DNA of 64,000 nucleotides from Auanema rhodensis (Eukaryota > Animalia > Nematoda): NCBI GenBank assembly GCA_964057225.1, contig CAXKVF010000078.1, positions 186,001 to 250,000 on the forward strand, given 5' to 3'. A program made the translations under genes and the position numbers. Positions 12,501 through 26,578 of the stretch are shown piece by piece (within the stretch, counting starts at the first letter, position 1; every line of letters starts with the position of its first letter). The notes beneath the pieces were generated by a model. That model did no database searches and had not been told where the DNA came from. It saw only the letters and a list, made by a program, of their open reading frames with translations.

Positions 12501-15500
12501 AAACCGCATCTCTTTATCTTTCACGTGAAGCGAGTTACATACCAAGTGCACATCACGTGTACATTTAATTAGCATAAATTAAAGTTCACGTAAATTTCAA
12601 AGTCATGGTTACCATGAACCAAAATCAATAAAAATTTGTTTTTAGACTAATATGGACATGGGGAATCTAATTTTGAAAACCGCATTTCTTTATCTTTCAC
12701 GTGAAGCGAGTTACATACCAAGTGCACATCACGTGTACATTTAATTAGCATAAATTAAAGTTCACGTAAATTTCAAAGTCATGGTTACCATGCACCAATA
12801 TCAATAAAAATTCGTTTTTAGACTAATATGGACATGGGGAATCTAATTTTGAAAACCGCATCTCTTTATCTTTCACGTGAAGCGAGTTACATACCAAGTG
12901 CACATCACGTGTACATTTAATTAGCATAAATTAAAGTTCACGTAAATTTTAAAGTCATGGTTACCATGAACCAATATCAATAAAAATTTGTTTTTAGACT
13001 AATATGGACATGGGGAATCTAATTTTGAAAACCGCATTTCTTTATCTTTCACGTGAAGCGAGTTACATACCAAGTGCACATCACGTGTACATTTAATTAG
13101 CATAAATTAAAGTTCACGTAAATTTCAAAGTCATGGTTACCATGAACCAATATCAATAAAAATTTGTTTTTAGACTAATATGGACATGGGGAATCTAATT
13201 TTGAAAACCGCATCTCTTTATCTTTCACGTGAAGCGAGTTACATACCAAGTGCACATCACGTGTACATTTAATTAGCATAAATTAAAGTTCACGTAAATT
13301 TCAAAGTCATGGTTACCATGAACCAATATCAATAAAAATTTGTTTTTAGACTAATATGGACATGGGGAATCTAAGTTTGAAAACCGCATTTCTTTATCTT
13401 TCACGTGAAGCGAGTTACATACCAAGTGCACATCACGTGTACATTTAATTAGCATAAATTAAAGTTCACGTAAATTTCAAAGTCATGGTTACCATGCACC
13501 AATATCAATAAAAATTTGTTTTTAGACTAATATGGACATGGGGAATCTAATTTTGAAAACCGCATCTCTTTATCTTTCACGTGAAGCGAGTTACATACCA
13601 AGTGCACATCACGTGTACATTTAATTAGCATAAATTAAAGTTCACGTAAATTTTAAAGTCATGGTTACCATGAACCAATATCAATAAAAATTTGTTTTTA
13701 GACTAATATGGACATGGGGAATCTAATTTTGAAAACCGCATCTCTTTATCTTTCACGTGAAGCGAGTTACATACCAAGTGCACATCACGTGTACATTTAA
13801 TTAGCATAAATTAAAGTTCACGTAAATTTCAAAGTCATGGTTACCATGAACCAATATCAATAAAAATTTGTTTTTAGACTAATATGGACATGGAGAATCT
13901 AATTTTGAAAACCGCATCTCTTTATCTTTCACGTGAAGCGAGTTACATACCAAGTGCACATCACGTGTACATTTAATTAGCATAAATTAAAGTTCACGTA
14001 AATTTTAAAGTCATGGTTACCATGAACCAATATCAATAAAAATTTGTTTTTAGACTAATATGGACATGGGGAATCTAATTTTGAAAACCGCATCTCTTTA
14101 TCTTTCACGTGAAGCGAGTTACATACCAAGTGCACATCACGTGTACATTTAATTAGCATAAATTAAAGTTCACGTAAATTTCAAAGTCATGGTTACCATG
14201 AACTAATATCAATAAAAATTTGTTTTTAGACTAATATGGACATGGAGAATCTAATTTTGAAAACCGCATCTCTTTATCTTTCACGTGAAGCGAGTTACAT
14301 ACCAAGTGCACATCACGTGTACATTTAATTAGCATAAATTAAAGTTCACGTAAATTTCAAAGTCATGGTTACCATGAACCAATATCAATAAAAATTTGTT
14401 TTCAGACTAATATGGACATGGGGAATCTAATTTTGAAAACCGCATCTCTTTATCTTTCACGTGAAGCGAGTTACATACCAAGTGCACATCACGTGTACAT
14501 TTAATTAGCATAAATTAAAGTTCACGTAAATTTCAAAGTCATGGTTACCATGAAGCAATATCAATAAAAATTTGTTTTTAGACTAATATGGACATGGGGA
14601 ATCTAATTTTGAAAACCGCATCTCTTTATCTCTCACGTGAAGCGAGTTACATACCAAGTGCACATCACGTGTACATTTAATTAGCATAAATTAAAGTTCA
14701 CGTAAATTTCAAAGTCATGGTTACCATGAACCAATATCAATAAAAATTTGTTTTTAGACTAATATGGACATGGGGAATCTAATTTTGAAAACCGCATCTC
14801 TTTATCTTTCACGTGAAGCGAGTTACATACCAAGTGCACATCACGTGTACATTTAATTAGCATAAATTAAAGTTCACGTAAATTTCAAAGTCATGGTTAC
14901 CATGAACCAATATCAATAAAAATTTGTTTTTAGACTAATATGGACATGGGGAATCTAATTTTGAAAACCGCATCTCTTTATCTTTCACGTGAAGCGAGTT
15001 ACATACCAAGTGCACATCACGTGTACATTTAATTAGCATAAATTAAAGTTCACGTAAATTTCAAAGTCATGGTTACCATGAACCAATATCAATAAAAATT
15101 TGTTTTCAGACTAATATGGACATGGGGAATCTAATTTTGAAAACCGCATCTCTTTATCTTTCACGTGAAGCGAGTTACATACCAAGTGCACATCACGTGT
15201 ACATTTAATTAGCATAAATTAAAGTTCACGTAAATTTCAAAGTCATGGTTACCATGAAGCAATATCAATAAAAATTTGTTTTTAGACTAATATGGACATG
15301 GGGAATCTAATTTTGAAAACCGCATCTCTTTATCTCTCACGTGAAGCGAGTTACATACCAAGTGCACATCACGTGTACATTTAATTAGCATAAATTAAAG
15401 TTCACGTAAATTTCAAAGTCATGGTTACCATGAACCAATATCAATAAAAATTTGTTTTTAGACTAATATGGACATGGGGAATCTAATTTTGAAAACCGCA

Positions 15501-18500
15501 TCTCTTTATCTTTCACGTGAAGCGAGTTACATACCAAGTGCACATCACGTGTACATTTAATTAGCATAAATTAAAGTTCACGTAAATTTCAAAGTCATGG
15601 TTACCATGAACCAATATTAATAAAAATTTGTTTTTAGACTAATATGGACATGGGGAATCTAATTTTGAAAACCGCATCTCTTTATCTTTCACGTGAAGCG
15701 AGTTACATACCAAGTGCACATCACGTGTACATTTAATTAGCATAAATTAAAGTTCACGTAAATTTCAAAGTCATGGTTACCATGAACCAATATCAATAAA
15801 AATTTGTTTTTAGACTAATATGGACATGGGGAATCTAATTTTGAAAACCGCATCTCTTTATCTTTCACGTGAAGCGAGTTACATACCAAGTGCACATCAC
15901 GTGTACATTTAATTAGCATAAATTAAAGTTCACGTAAATTTCAAAGTCATGGTTACCATGAACCAATATCAATAAAAATTTGTTTTTAGACTAATATGGA
16001 CATGGGGAATCTAATTTTGAAAACCGCATCTCTTTATCTTTCACGTAAAGCGAGTTACATACCAAGTGCACATCACGTGTACATTTAATTAGCATAAATT
16101 AAAGTTCACGTAAATTTCAAAGTCATGGTTACCATGAACCAATATCAATAAAAATTTGTTTTCAGACTAATATGGACATGGGGAATCTAATTTTGAAAAC
16201 CGCATCTCTTTATCTTTCACGTGAAGCGAGTTACATACCAAGTGCACATCACGTGTACATTTAATTAGCATAAATTAAAGTTCACGTAAATTTCAAAGTC
16301 ATGGTTACCATGAAGCAATATCAATAAAAATTTGTTTTTAGACTAATATGGACATGGGGAATCTAATTTTGAAAACCGCATCTCTTTATCTCTCACGTGA
16401 AGCGAGTTACATACCAAGTGCACATCACGTGTACATTTAATTAGCATAAATTAAAGTTCACGTAAATTTCAAAGTCATGGTTACCATGAACCAATATCAA
16501 TAAAAATTTGTTTTTAGACTAATATGGACATGGGGAATCTAATTTTGAAAACCGCATCTCTTTATCTTTCACGTGAAGCGAGTTACATACCAAAGGCACA
16601 TCACGTGTACATTTAATTAGCATAAATTAAAGTTCACGTAAATTTCAAAGTCATGGTTACCATGAACCAATATCAATAAAAATTTGTTTTTAGACTAATA
16701 TGGACATGGGGAATCTAATTTTGAAAACCGCATCTCTTTATCTTTCACGTGAAGCGAGTTACATACCAAGTGCACATCACGTGTACATTTAATTAGCATA
16801 AATTAAAGTTCACGTAAATTTCAAAGTCATGGTTACCATGAACCAATATCAATAAAAATTTGTTTTTAGACTAATATGGACATGGGGAATCTAATTTTGA
16901 AAACCGCATCTCTTTATCTTTCACGTGAAGCGAGTTACATACCAAGTGCACATCACGTGTACATTTAATTAGCATAAATTAAAGTTCACGTAAATTTCAA
17001 AGTCATGGTTACCATGAACCAATATCAATAAAAATTTGTTTTTAGACTAATATGGACATGGGGAATCTAATTTTGAAAACCGCATCTCTTTATCTTTCAC
17101 GTGAAGCGAGTTACATACCAAGTGCACATCACGTGTACATTTAATTAGCATAAATTAAAGTTCACGTAAATTTCAAAGTCATGGTTACCATGCACCAATA
17201 TCAATAAAAATTTGTTTTTAGACTAATATGGACATGGGGAATCTAATTTTGAAAACCGCATCTCTTTATCTTTCACGTGAAGCGAGTTACATACCAAGTG
17301 CACATCACGTGTACATTTAATTAGCATAAATTAAAGTTCACGTAAATTTTAAAGTCATGGTTACCATGAACCAATATCAATAAAAATTTGTTTTTAGACT
17401 AATATGGACATGGGGAATCTAATTTTGAAAACCGCATCTCTTTATCTTTCACGTGAAGCGAGTTACATACCAAGTGCACATCACGTGTACATTTAATTAG
17501 CATAAATTAAAGTTCACGTAAATTTCAAAGTCATGGTTACCATGAACTAATATCAATAAAAATTTGTTTTTAGACTAATATGGACATGGAGAATCTAATT
17601 TTGAAAACCGCATCTCTTTATCTTTCACGTGAAGCGAATTACATACCAAGTGCACATCACGTGTACATTTAATTAGCATAAATTAAAGTTCACGTAAATT
17701 TCAAAGTCATGGTTACCATGAACCAATATCAATAAAAATTTGTTTTTAGACTAATATGGACATGGGGAATCTAATTTTGAAAACCGCATCTCTTTATCTT
17801 TCACGTGAAGCGAGTTACATACCAAGTGCACATCACGTGTACATTTAATTAGCATAAATTAAAGTTCACGTAAATTTTAAAGTCATGGTTACCATGAACC
17901 AATATCAATAAAAATTTGTTTTTAGACTAATATGGACATGGGGAATCTAATTTTGAAAACCGCATCTCTTTATCTTTCACGTGAAGCGAGTTACATACCA
18001 AGTGCACATCACGTGTACATTTAATTAGCATAAATTAAAGTTCACGTAAATTTCAAAGTCATGGTTACCATGAACTAATATCAATAAAAATTTGTTTTTA
18101 GACTAATATGGACATGGAGAATCTAATTTTGAAAACCGCATCTCTTTATCTTTCACGTGAAGCGAGTTACATACCAAGTGCACATCACGTGTACATTTAA
18201 TTAGCATAAATTAAAGTTCACGTAAATTTCAAAGTCATGGTTACCATGAACCAATATCAATAAAAATTTGTTTTCAGACTAATATGGACATGGGAAATCT
18301 AATTTTGAAAACCGCATCTCTTTATCTTTCACGTGAAGCGAGTTACATACCAAGTGCACATCACGTGTACATTTAATTAGCATAAATTAAAGTTCACGTA
18401 AATTTCAAAGTCATGGTTACCATGAAGCAATATCAATAAAAATTTGTTTTTAGACTAATATGGACATGGGGAATCTAATTTTGAAAACCGCATCTCTTTA

Positions 18501-21500
18501 TCTCTCACGTGAAGCGAGTTACATACCAAGTGCACATCACGTGTACATTTAATTAGCATAAATTAAAGTTCACGTAAATTTCAAAGTCATGGTTACCATG
18601 AACCAATATCAATAAAAATTTGTTTTTAGACTAATATGGACATGGGAAATCTAATTTTGAAAACCGCATCTCTTTATCTTTCACGTGAAGCGAGTTACAT
18701 ACCAAGTGCACATCACGTGTACATTTAATTAGCATAAATTAAAGTTCACGTAAATTTCAAAGTCATGGTTACCATGAAGCAATATCAATAAAAATTTGTT
18801 TTTAGACTAATATGGACATGGGGAATCTAATTTTGAAAACCGCATCTCTTTATCTCTCACGTGAAGCGAGTTACATACCAAGTGCACATCACGTGTACAT
18901 TTAATTAGCATAAGTTAAAGTTCACGTAAATTTCAAAGTCATGGTTACCATGAACCAATATCAATAAAAATTTGTTTTTAGACTAATATGGACATGGGGA
19001 ATCTAATTTTGAAAACCGCATCTCTTTATCTTTCACGTGAAGCGAGTTACATACCAAGTGCACATCACGTGTACATTTAATTAGCATAAATTAAAGTTCA
19101 CGTAAATTTCAAAGTCATGGTTACCATGAACCAATATCAATAAAAATTTGTTTTTAGACTAATATGGACATGGGGAATCTAATTTTGAAAACCGCATCTC
19201 TTTATCTTTCACGTGAAGCGAGTTACATACCAAGTGCACATCACGTGTACATTTAATTAGCATAAATTAAAGTTCACGTAAATTTCAAAGTCATGGTTAC
19301 CATGAACCAATATCAATAAAAATTTGTTTTTAGACTAATATGGACATGGGGAATCTAATTTTGAAAACCGCATCTCTTTATCTTTCACGTGAAGCGAGTT
19401 ACATACCAAGTGCACATCACGTGTACATTTAATTAGCATAAATTAAAGTTCACGTAAATTTCAAAGTCATGGTTACCATGAACCAATATCAATAAAAATT
19501 TGTTTTTAGACTAATATGGACATGGGGAATCTAATTTTGAAAACCGCATCTCTTTATCTTTCACGTGAAGCGAGTTACATACCAAGTGCACATCACGTGT
19601 ACATTTAATTAGCATAAATTAAAGTTCACGTAAATTTCAAAGTCATGGTTACCATGAACCAATATCAATAAAAATTTGTTTTTAGACTAATATGGACATG
19701 GGGAATCTAATTTTGAAAACCGCATCTCTTTATCTTTCACGTGAAGCGAGTTACATACCAAGTGCACATCACGTGTACATTTAATTAGCATAAATTAAAG
19801 TTCACGTAAATTTCAAAGTCATGGTTACCATGAACTAATATCAATAAAAATTTGTTTTTAGACTAATATGGACATGGAGAATCTAATTTTGAAAACCGCA
19901 TCTCTTTATCTTTCACGTGAAGCGAGTTACATACCAAGTGCACATCACGTGTACATTTAATTAGCATAAATTAAAGTTCACGTAAATTTCAAAGTCATGG
20001 TTACCATGAACCAATATCAATAAAAATTTGTTTTCAGACTAATATGGACATGGGAAATCTAATTTTGAAAACCGCATCTCTTTATCTTTCACGTGAAGCG
20101 AGTTACATACCAAGTGCACATCACGTGTACATTTAATTAGCATAAATTAAAGTTCACGTAAATTTCAAAGTCATGGTTACCATGAAGCAATATCAATAAA
20201 AATTTGTTTTTAGACTAATATGGACATGGGGAATCTAATTTTGAAAACCGCATCTCTTTATCTCTCACGTGAAGCGAGTTACATACCAAGTGCACATCAC
20301 GTGTACATTTAATTAGCATAAATTAAAGTTCACGTAAATTTCAAAGTCATGGTTACCATGAACCAATATCAATAAAAATTTGTTTTTAGACTAATATGGA
20401 CATGGGAAATCTAATTTTGAAAACCGCATCTCTTTATCTTTCACGTGAAGCGAGTTACATACCAAGTGCACATCACGTGTACATTTAATTAGCATAAATT
20501 AAAGTTCACGTAAATTTCAAAGTCATGGTTACCATGAAGCAATATCAATAAAAATTTGTTTTTAGACTAATATGGACATGGGGAATCTAATTTTGAAAAC
20601 CGCATCTCTTTATCTCTCACGTGAAGCGAGTTACATACCAAGTGCACATCACGTGTACATTTAATTAGCATAAATTAAAGTTCACGTAAATTTCAAAGTC
20701 ATGGTTACCATGAACCAATATCAATAAAAATTTGTTTTTAGACTAATATGGACATGGGGAATCTAATTTTGAAAACCGCATCTCTTTATCTTTCACGTGA
20801 AGCGAGTTACATACCAAGTGCACATCACGTGTACATTTAATTAGCATAAATTAAAGTTCACGTAAATTTCAAAGTCATGGTTACCATGAACCAATATCAA
20901 TAAAAATTTGTTTTTAGACTAATATGGACATGGGGAATCTAATTTTGAAAACCGCATCTCTTTATCTTTCACGTGAAGCGAGTTACATACCAAGTGCACA
21001 TCACGTGTACATTTAATTAGCATAAATTAAAGTTCACGTAAATTTCAAAGTCATGGTTACCATGAACCAATATCAATAAAAATTTGTTTTTAGACTAATA
21101 TGGACATGGGGAATCTAATTTTGAAAACCGCATCTCTTTATCTTTCACGTGAAGCGAGTTACATACCAAGTGCACATCACGTGTACATTTAATTAGCATA
21201 AATTAAAGTTCACGTAAATTTCAAAGTCATGGTTACCATGAACCAATATCAATAAAAATTTGTTTTTAGACTAATATGGACATGGGGAATCTAATTTTGA
21301 AAACCGCATCTCTTTATCTTTCACGTGAAGCGAGTTACATACCAAGTGCACATCACGTGTACATTTAATTAGCATAAATTAAAGTTCACGTAAATTTCAA
21401 AGTCATGGTTACCATGAACCAATATCAATAAAAATTTGTTTTTAGACTAATATGGACATGGGGAATCTAATTTTGAAAACCGCATCTCTTTATCTTTCAC

Positions 21501-22529
21501 GTGAAGCGAGTTACATACCAAGTGCACATCACGTGTACATTTAATTAGCATAAATTAAAGTTCACGTAAATTTCAAAGTCATGGTTACCATGAAGCAATA
21601 TCAATAAAAATTTGTTTTTAGACTAATATGGACATGGGGAATCTAATTTTGAAAACCGCATCTCTTTATCTTTCACGTGAAGCGAGTTACATACCAAGTG
21701 CACATCACGTGTACATTTAATTAGCATAAATTAAAGTTCACGTAAATTTCAAAGTCATGGTTACCATGAACCAATATCAATAAAAATTTGTTTTTAGACT
21801 AATATGGACATGGGGAATCTAATTTTGAAAACCGCATCTCTTTATCTTTCACGTGAAGCGAGTTACATACCAAGTGCACATCACGTGTACATTTAATTAG
21901 CATAAATTAAAGTTCACGTAAATTTCAAAGTCATGGTTACCATGAACCAATATCAATAAAAATTTGTTTTTAGACTAATATGGACATGGGAAATCTAATT
22001 TTGAAAACCGCATCTCTTTATCTTTCACGTGAAGCGAGTTACATACCAAGTGCACATCACGTGTACATTTAATTAGCATAAATTAAAGTTCACGTAAATT
22101 TCAAAGTCATGGTTACCATGAACCAATATCAATAAAAATTTGTTTTTAGACTAATATGGACATGGGGAATCTAATTTTGAAAACCGCATCTCTTTATCTT
22201 TCACGTGAAGCGAGTTACAAACCAAGTGCACATCACGTGTACATTTAATTAGCATAAATTAAAGTTCACGTAAATTTCAAAGTCATGGTTACCATGAACC
22301 AATATCAATAAAAATTTGTTTTTAGACTAATATGGACATGGGGAATCTAATTTTGAAAACCGCATCTCTTTATCTTTCACGTGAAGCGAGTTACATACCA
22401 AGTGCACATCACGTGTACATTTAATTAGCATAAATTAAAGTTCACGTAAATTTCAAAGTCATGGTTACCATGAACCAATATCAATAAAAATTTGTTTTTA
22501 GACTAATATGGACATGGGAAATCTAATTT
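3521..22529 (+). repeat. Large imperfect tandem duplication: M21-67 (3521-11793) repeated as M68-128 (11794-22529)
   Basis: Both halves show the same ordered string of rare variants: A126; T13+C120+C140; G174; T129; A37; C146+A166; C23+A166. Confidence 0.85.
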
Positions 22530-25500
22530 TGAAAACCGCATCTCTTTATCTTTCACGTGAAGCGAGTTACATACCAAGTGCACATCACGTGTACATTTAA
22601 TTAGCATAAATTAAAGTTCACGTAAATTTCAAAGTCATGGTTACCATGAACCAATATCAATAAAAATTTGTTTTTAGACTAATATGGACATGGGGAATCT
22701 AATTTTGAAAACCGCATCTCTTTATCTTTCACGTGAAGCGAGTTACATACCAAGTGCACATCACGTGTACATTTAATTAGCATAAATTAAAGTTCACGTA
22801 AATTTCAAAGTCATGGTTACCATGAACCAATATCAATAAAAATTTGTTTTTAGACTAATATGGACATGGGGAATCTAATTTTGAAAACCGCATCTCTTTA
22901 TCTTTCACGTGAAGCGAGTTACATACCAAGTGCACATCACGTGTACATTTAATTAACATAAATTAAAGTTCACGTAAATTTCAAAGTCATGGTTACCATG
23001 AACCAATATCAATAAAAATTTGTTTTTAGACTAATATGGACATGGGGAATCTAATTTTGAAAACCGCATCTCTTTATCTTTCACGTGAAGCGAGTTACAT
23101 ACCAAGTGCACATCACGTGTACATTTAATTAGCATAAATTAAAGTTCACGTAAATTTCAAAGTCATGGTTACCATGAAGCAATATCAATAAAAATTTGTT
23201 TTTAGACTAATATGGACATGGGAAATCTAATTTTGAAAACCGCATCTCTTTATCTTTCACGTGAAGCGAGTTACATACCAAGTGCACATCACGTGTACAT
23301 TTAATTAGCATAAATTAAAGTTCACGTAAATTTCAAAGTCATGGTTACCATGAAGCAATTTCAATAAAAATTTGTTTTTAGACTAATATGGACATGGGGA
23401 ATCTAATTTTGAAAACCGCATCTCTTTATCTTTCACGTGAAGCGAGTTACATACCAAGTGCACATCACGTGTACATTTAATTAGCATAAATTAAAGTTCA
23501 CGTAAATTTCAAAGTCATGGTTACCATGAACCAATATCAATAAAAATTTGTTTTTAGACTAATATGGACAAGGGGAATCTAATTTTGAAAACCGCATCTC
23601 TTTATCTTTCACGTGAAGCGAGTTACATACCAAGTGCACATCACGTGTACATTTAATTAGCATAAATTAAAGTTCACGTAAATTTCAAAGTCATGGTTAC
23701 CATGAACCAATATCAATAAAAATTTGTTTTTAGACTAATATGGACATGGGGAATCTAATTTTGAAAACCGCATTTCTTTATCTTTCACGTGAAGCGAGTT
23801 ACATACCAAGTGCACATCACGTGTACATTTAATTAGCATAAATTAAAGTTCACGTAAATTTCAAAGTCATGGTTACCATGAACCAATATCAATAAAAATT
23901 TGTTTTTAGACTAATATGGACAAGGGGAATCTAATTTTGAAAACCGCATCTCTTTATCTTTCACGTGAAGCGAGTTACATACCAAGTGCACATCACGTGT
24001 ACATTTAATTAGCATAAATTAAAGTTCACGTAAATTTCAAAGTCATGGTTACCATGAACCAATATCAATAAAAATTTGTTTTTAGACTAATATGGACAAG
24101 GGGAATCTAATTTTGAAAACCGCATCTCTTTATCTTTCACGTGAAGCGAGTTACATACCAAGTGCACATCACGTGTACATTTAATTAGCATAAATTAAAG
24201 TTCACGTAAATTTCAAAGTCATGGTTACCATGAACCAATATCAATAAAAATTTGTTTTTAGACTAATATGGACATGGGGAATCTAATTTTGAAAACCGCA
24301 TTTCTTTATCTTTCACGTGAAGCGAGTTACATACCAAGTGCACATCACGTGTACATTTAATTAGCATAAATTAAAGTTCACGTAAATTTCAAAGTCATGG
24401 TTACCATGCACCAATATCAATAAAAATTTGTTTTTAGACTAATATGGACATGGGGAATCTAATTTTGAAAACCGCATCTCTTTATCTTTCACGTGAAGCG
24501 AGTTACATACCAAGTGCACATCACGTGTACATTTAATTAGCATAAATTAAAGTTCACGTAAATTTCAAAGTCATGGTTACCATGAAGCAATATCAATAAA
24601 AATTTGTTTTTAGACTAATATGGACATGGGGAATCTAATTTTGCAAACCGCATCTCTTTATCTTTCACGTGAAGCGAGTTACATACCAAGTGCACATCAC
24701 GTGTACATTTAATTTAGCATAAATTAAAGTTCACGTAAATTTCAAAGTCATGGTTACCATGAACCAATATCAATAAAAATTTGTTTTTAGACTAATATGG
24801 ACATGGGGAATCTAATTTTGAAAACCGCATCTCTTTATCTTTCACGTGAAGCGAGTTACATACCAAGTGCACATCACGTGTACATTTAATTAGCATAAAT
24901 TAAAGTTCACGTAAATTTCAAAGTCATGGTTACCATGAACCAATATCAATAAAAATTTGTTTTTAGACTAATATGGACATGGGGAATCTAATTTTGAAAA
25001 CCGCATTTCTTTATCTTTCACGTGAAGCGAGTTACATACCAAGTGCACATCACGTGTACATTTAATTAGCATAAATTAAAGTTCACGTAAATTTCAAAGT
25101 CATGGTTACCATGCACCAATATCAATAAAAATTTGTTTTTAGACTAATATGGACATGGGGAATCTAATTTTGAAAACCGCATCTCTTTATCTTTCACGTG
25201 AAGCGAGTTACATACCAAGTGCACATCACGTGTACATTTAATTAGCATAAATTAAAGTTCACGTAAATTTCAAAGTCATGGTTACCATGAACCAATATCA
25301 ATAAAAATTTGTTTTTAGACTAATATGGACATGGGGAATCTAATTTTGGAAACCGCATCTCTTTATCTTTCACGTGAAGCGAGTTACATACCAAGTGCAC
25401 ATCACGTGTACATTTAATTAGCATAAATTAAAGTTCACGTAAACTTCAAAGTCATGGTTACCATGAAGCAATATCAATAAAAATTTGTTTTTAGACTAAT

Positions 25501-26578
25501 ATGGACATGGGGAATCTAATTTTGAAAACCGCATCTCTTTATCTTTCACGTGAAGCGAGTTACATACCAAGTGCACATCACGTGTACATTTAATTAGCAT
25601 AAATTAAAGTTCACGTAAATTTCAAAGTCATGGTTACCATGAACCAATATCAATAAAAATTTGTGTTTAGACTAATATGGACATGGGGAATCTAATTTTG
25701 AAAACCGCATCTCTTTATCTTTCACGTGAAGCGAGTTACATACCAAGTGCACATCACGTGTACATTTAATTAGCATAAATTAAAGTTCACGTAAATTTCA
25801 AAGTCATGGTTACCATGAACCAATATCAATAAAAATTTGTTTTTAGACTAATATGGACATGGGGAATCTAATTTTGAAAACCGCATTTCTTTATCTTTCA
25901 CGTGAAGCGAGTTACATACCAAGTGCACATCACGTGTACATTTAATTAGCATAAATTAAAGTTCACGTAAATTTCAAAGTCATGGTTACCATGCACCAAT
26001 ATCAATAAAAATTTGTTTTTAGACTAATATGGACATGGGGAATCTAATTTTGAAAACCGCATCTCTTTATCTTTCACGTGAAGCGAGTTACATACCAAGT
26101 GCACATCACGTGTACATTTAATTAGCATAAATTAAAGTTCACGTAAATTTCAAAGTCATGGTTACCATGAACCAATATCAATAAAAATTTGTTTTTAGAC
26201 TAATATGGACATGGGGAATCTAATTTTGAAAACCGCATTTCTTTATCTTTCACGTGAAGCGAGTTACATACCAAGTGTACATCACGTGTACATTTAATTA
26301 GCATAAATTAAAGTTCACGTAAATTTCAAAGTCATGGTTACCATGCACCAATATCAATAAAAATTTGTTTTTAGACTAATATGGACATGGGGAATCTAAT
26401 TTTGAAAACCGCATCTCTTTATCTTTCACGTGAAGCGAGTTACATACCAAGTGCACATCACGTGTACATTTAATTAGCATAAATTAAAGTTCACGTAAAT
26501 TTCAAAGTCATGGTTACCATGAACCAATATCAATAAAAATTTGTTTTTAGACTAATATGGACATGGGGAATCTAATTT

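Noticed and set aside
16594-16595. Double substitution GT>AG (CAAAGGCAC) in one monomer
   Set aside because: It is a singleton that could be a paired indel or a consensus error, and is not interpretable without reads.
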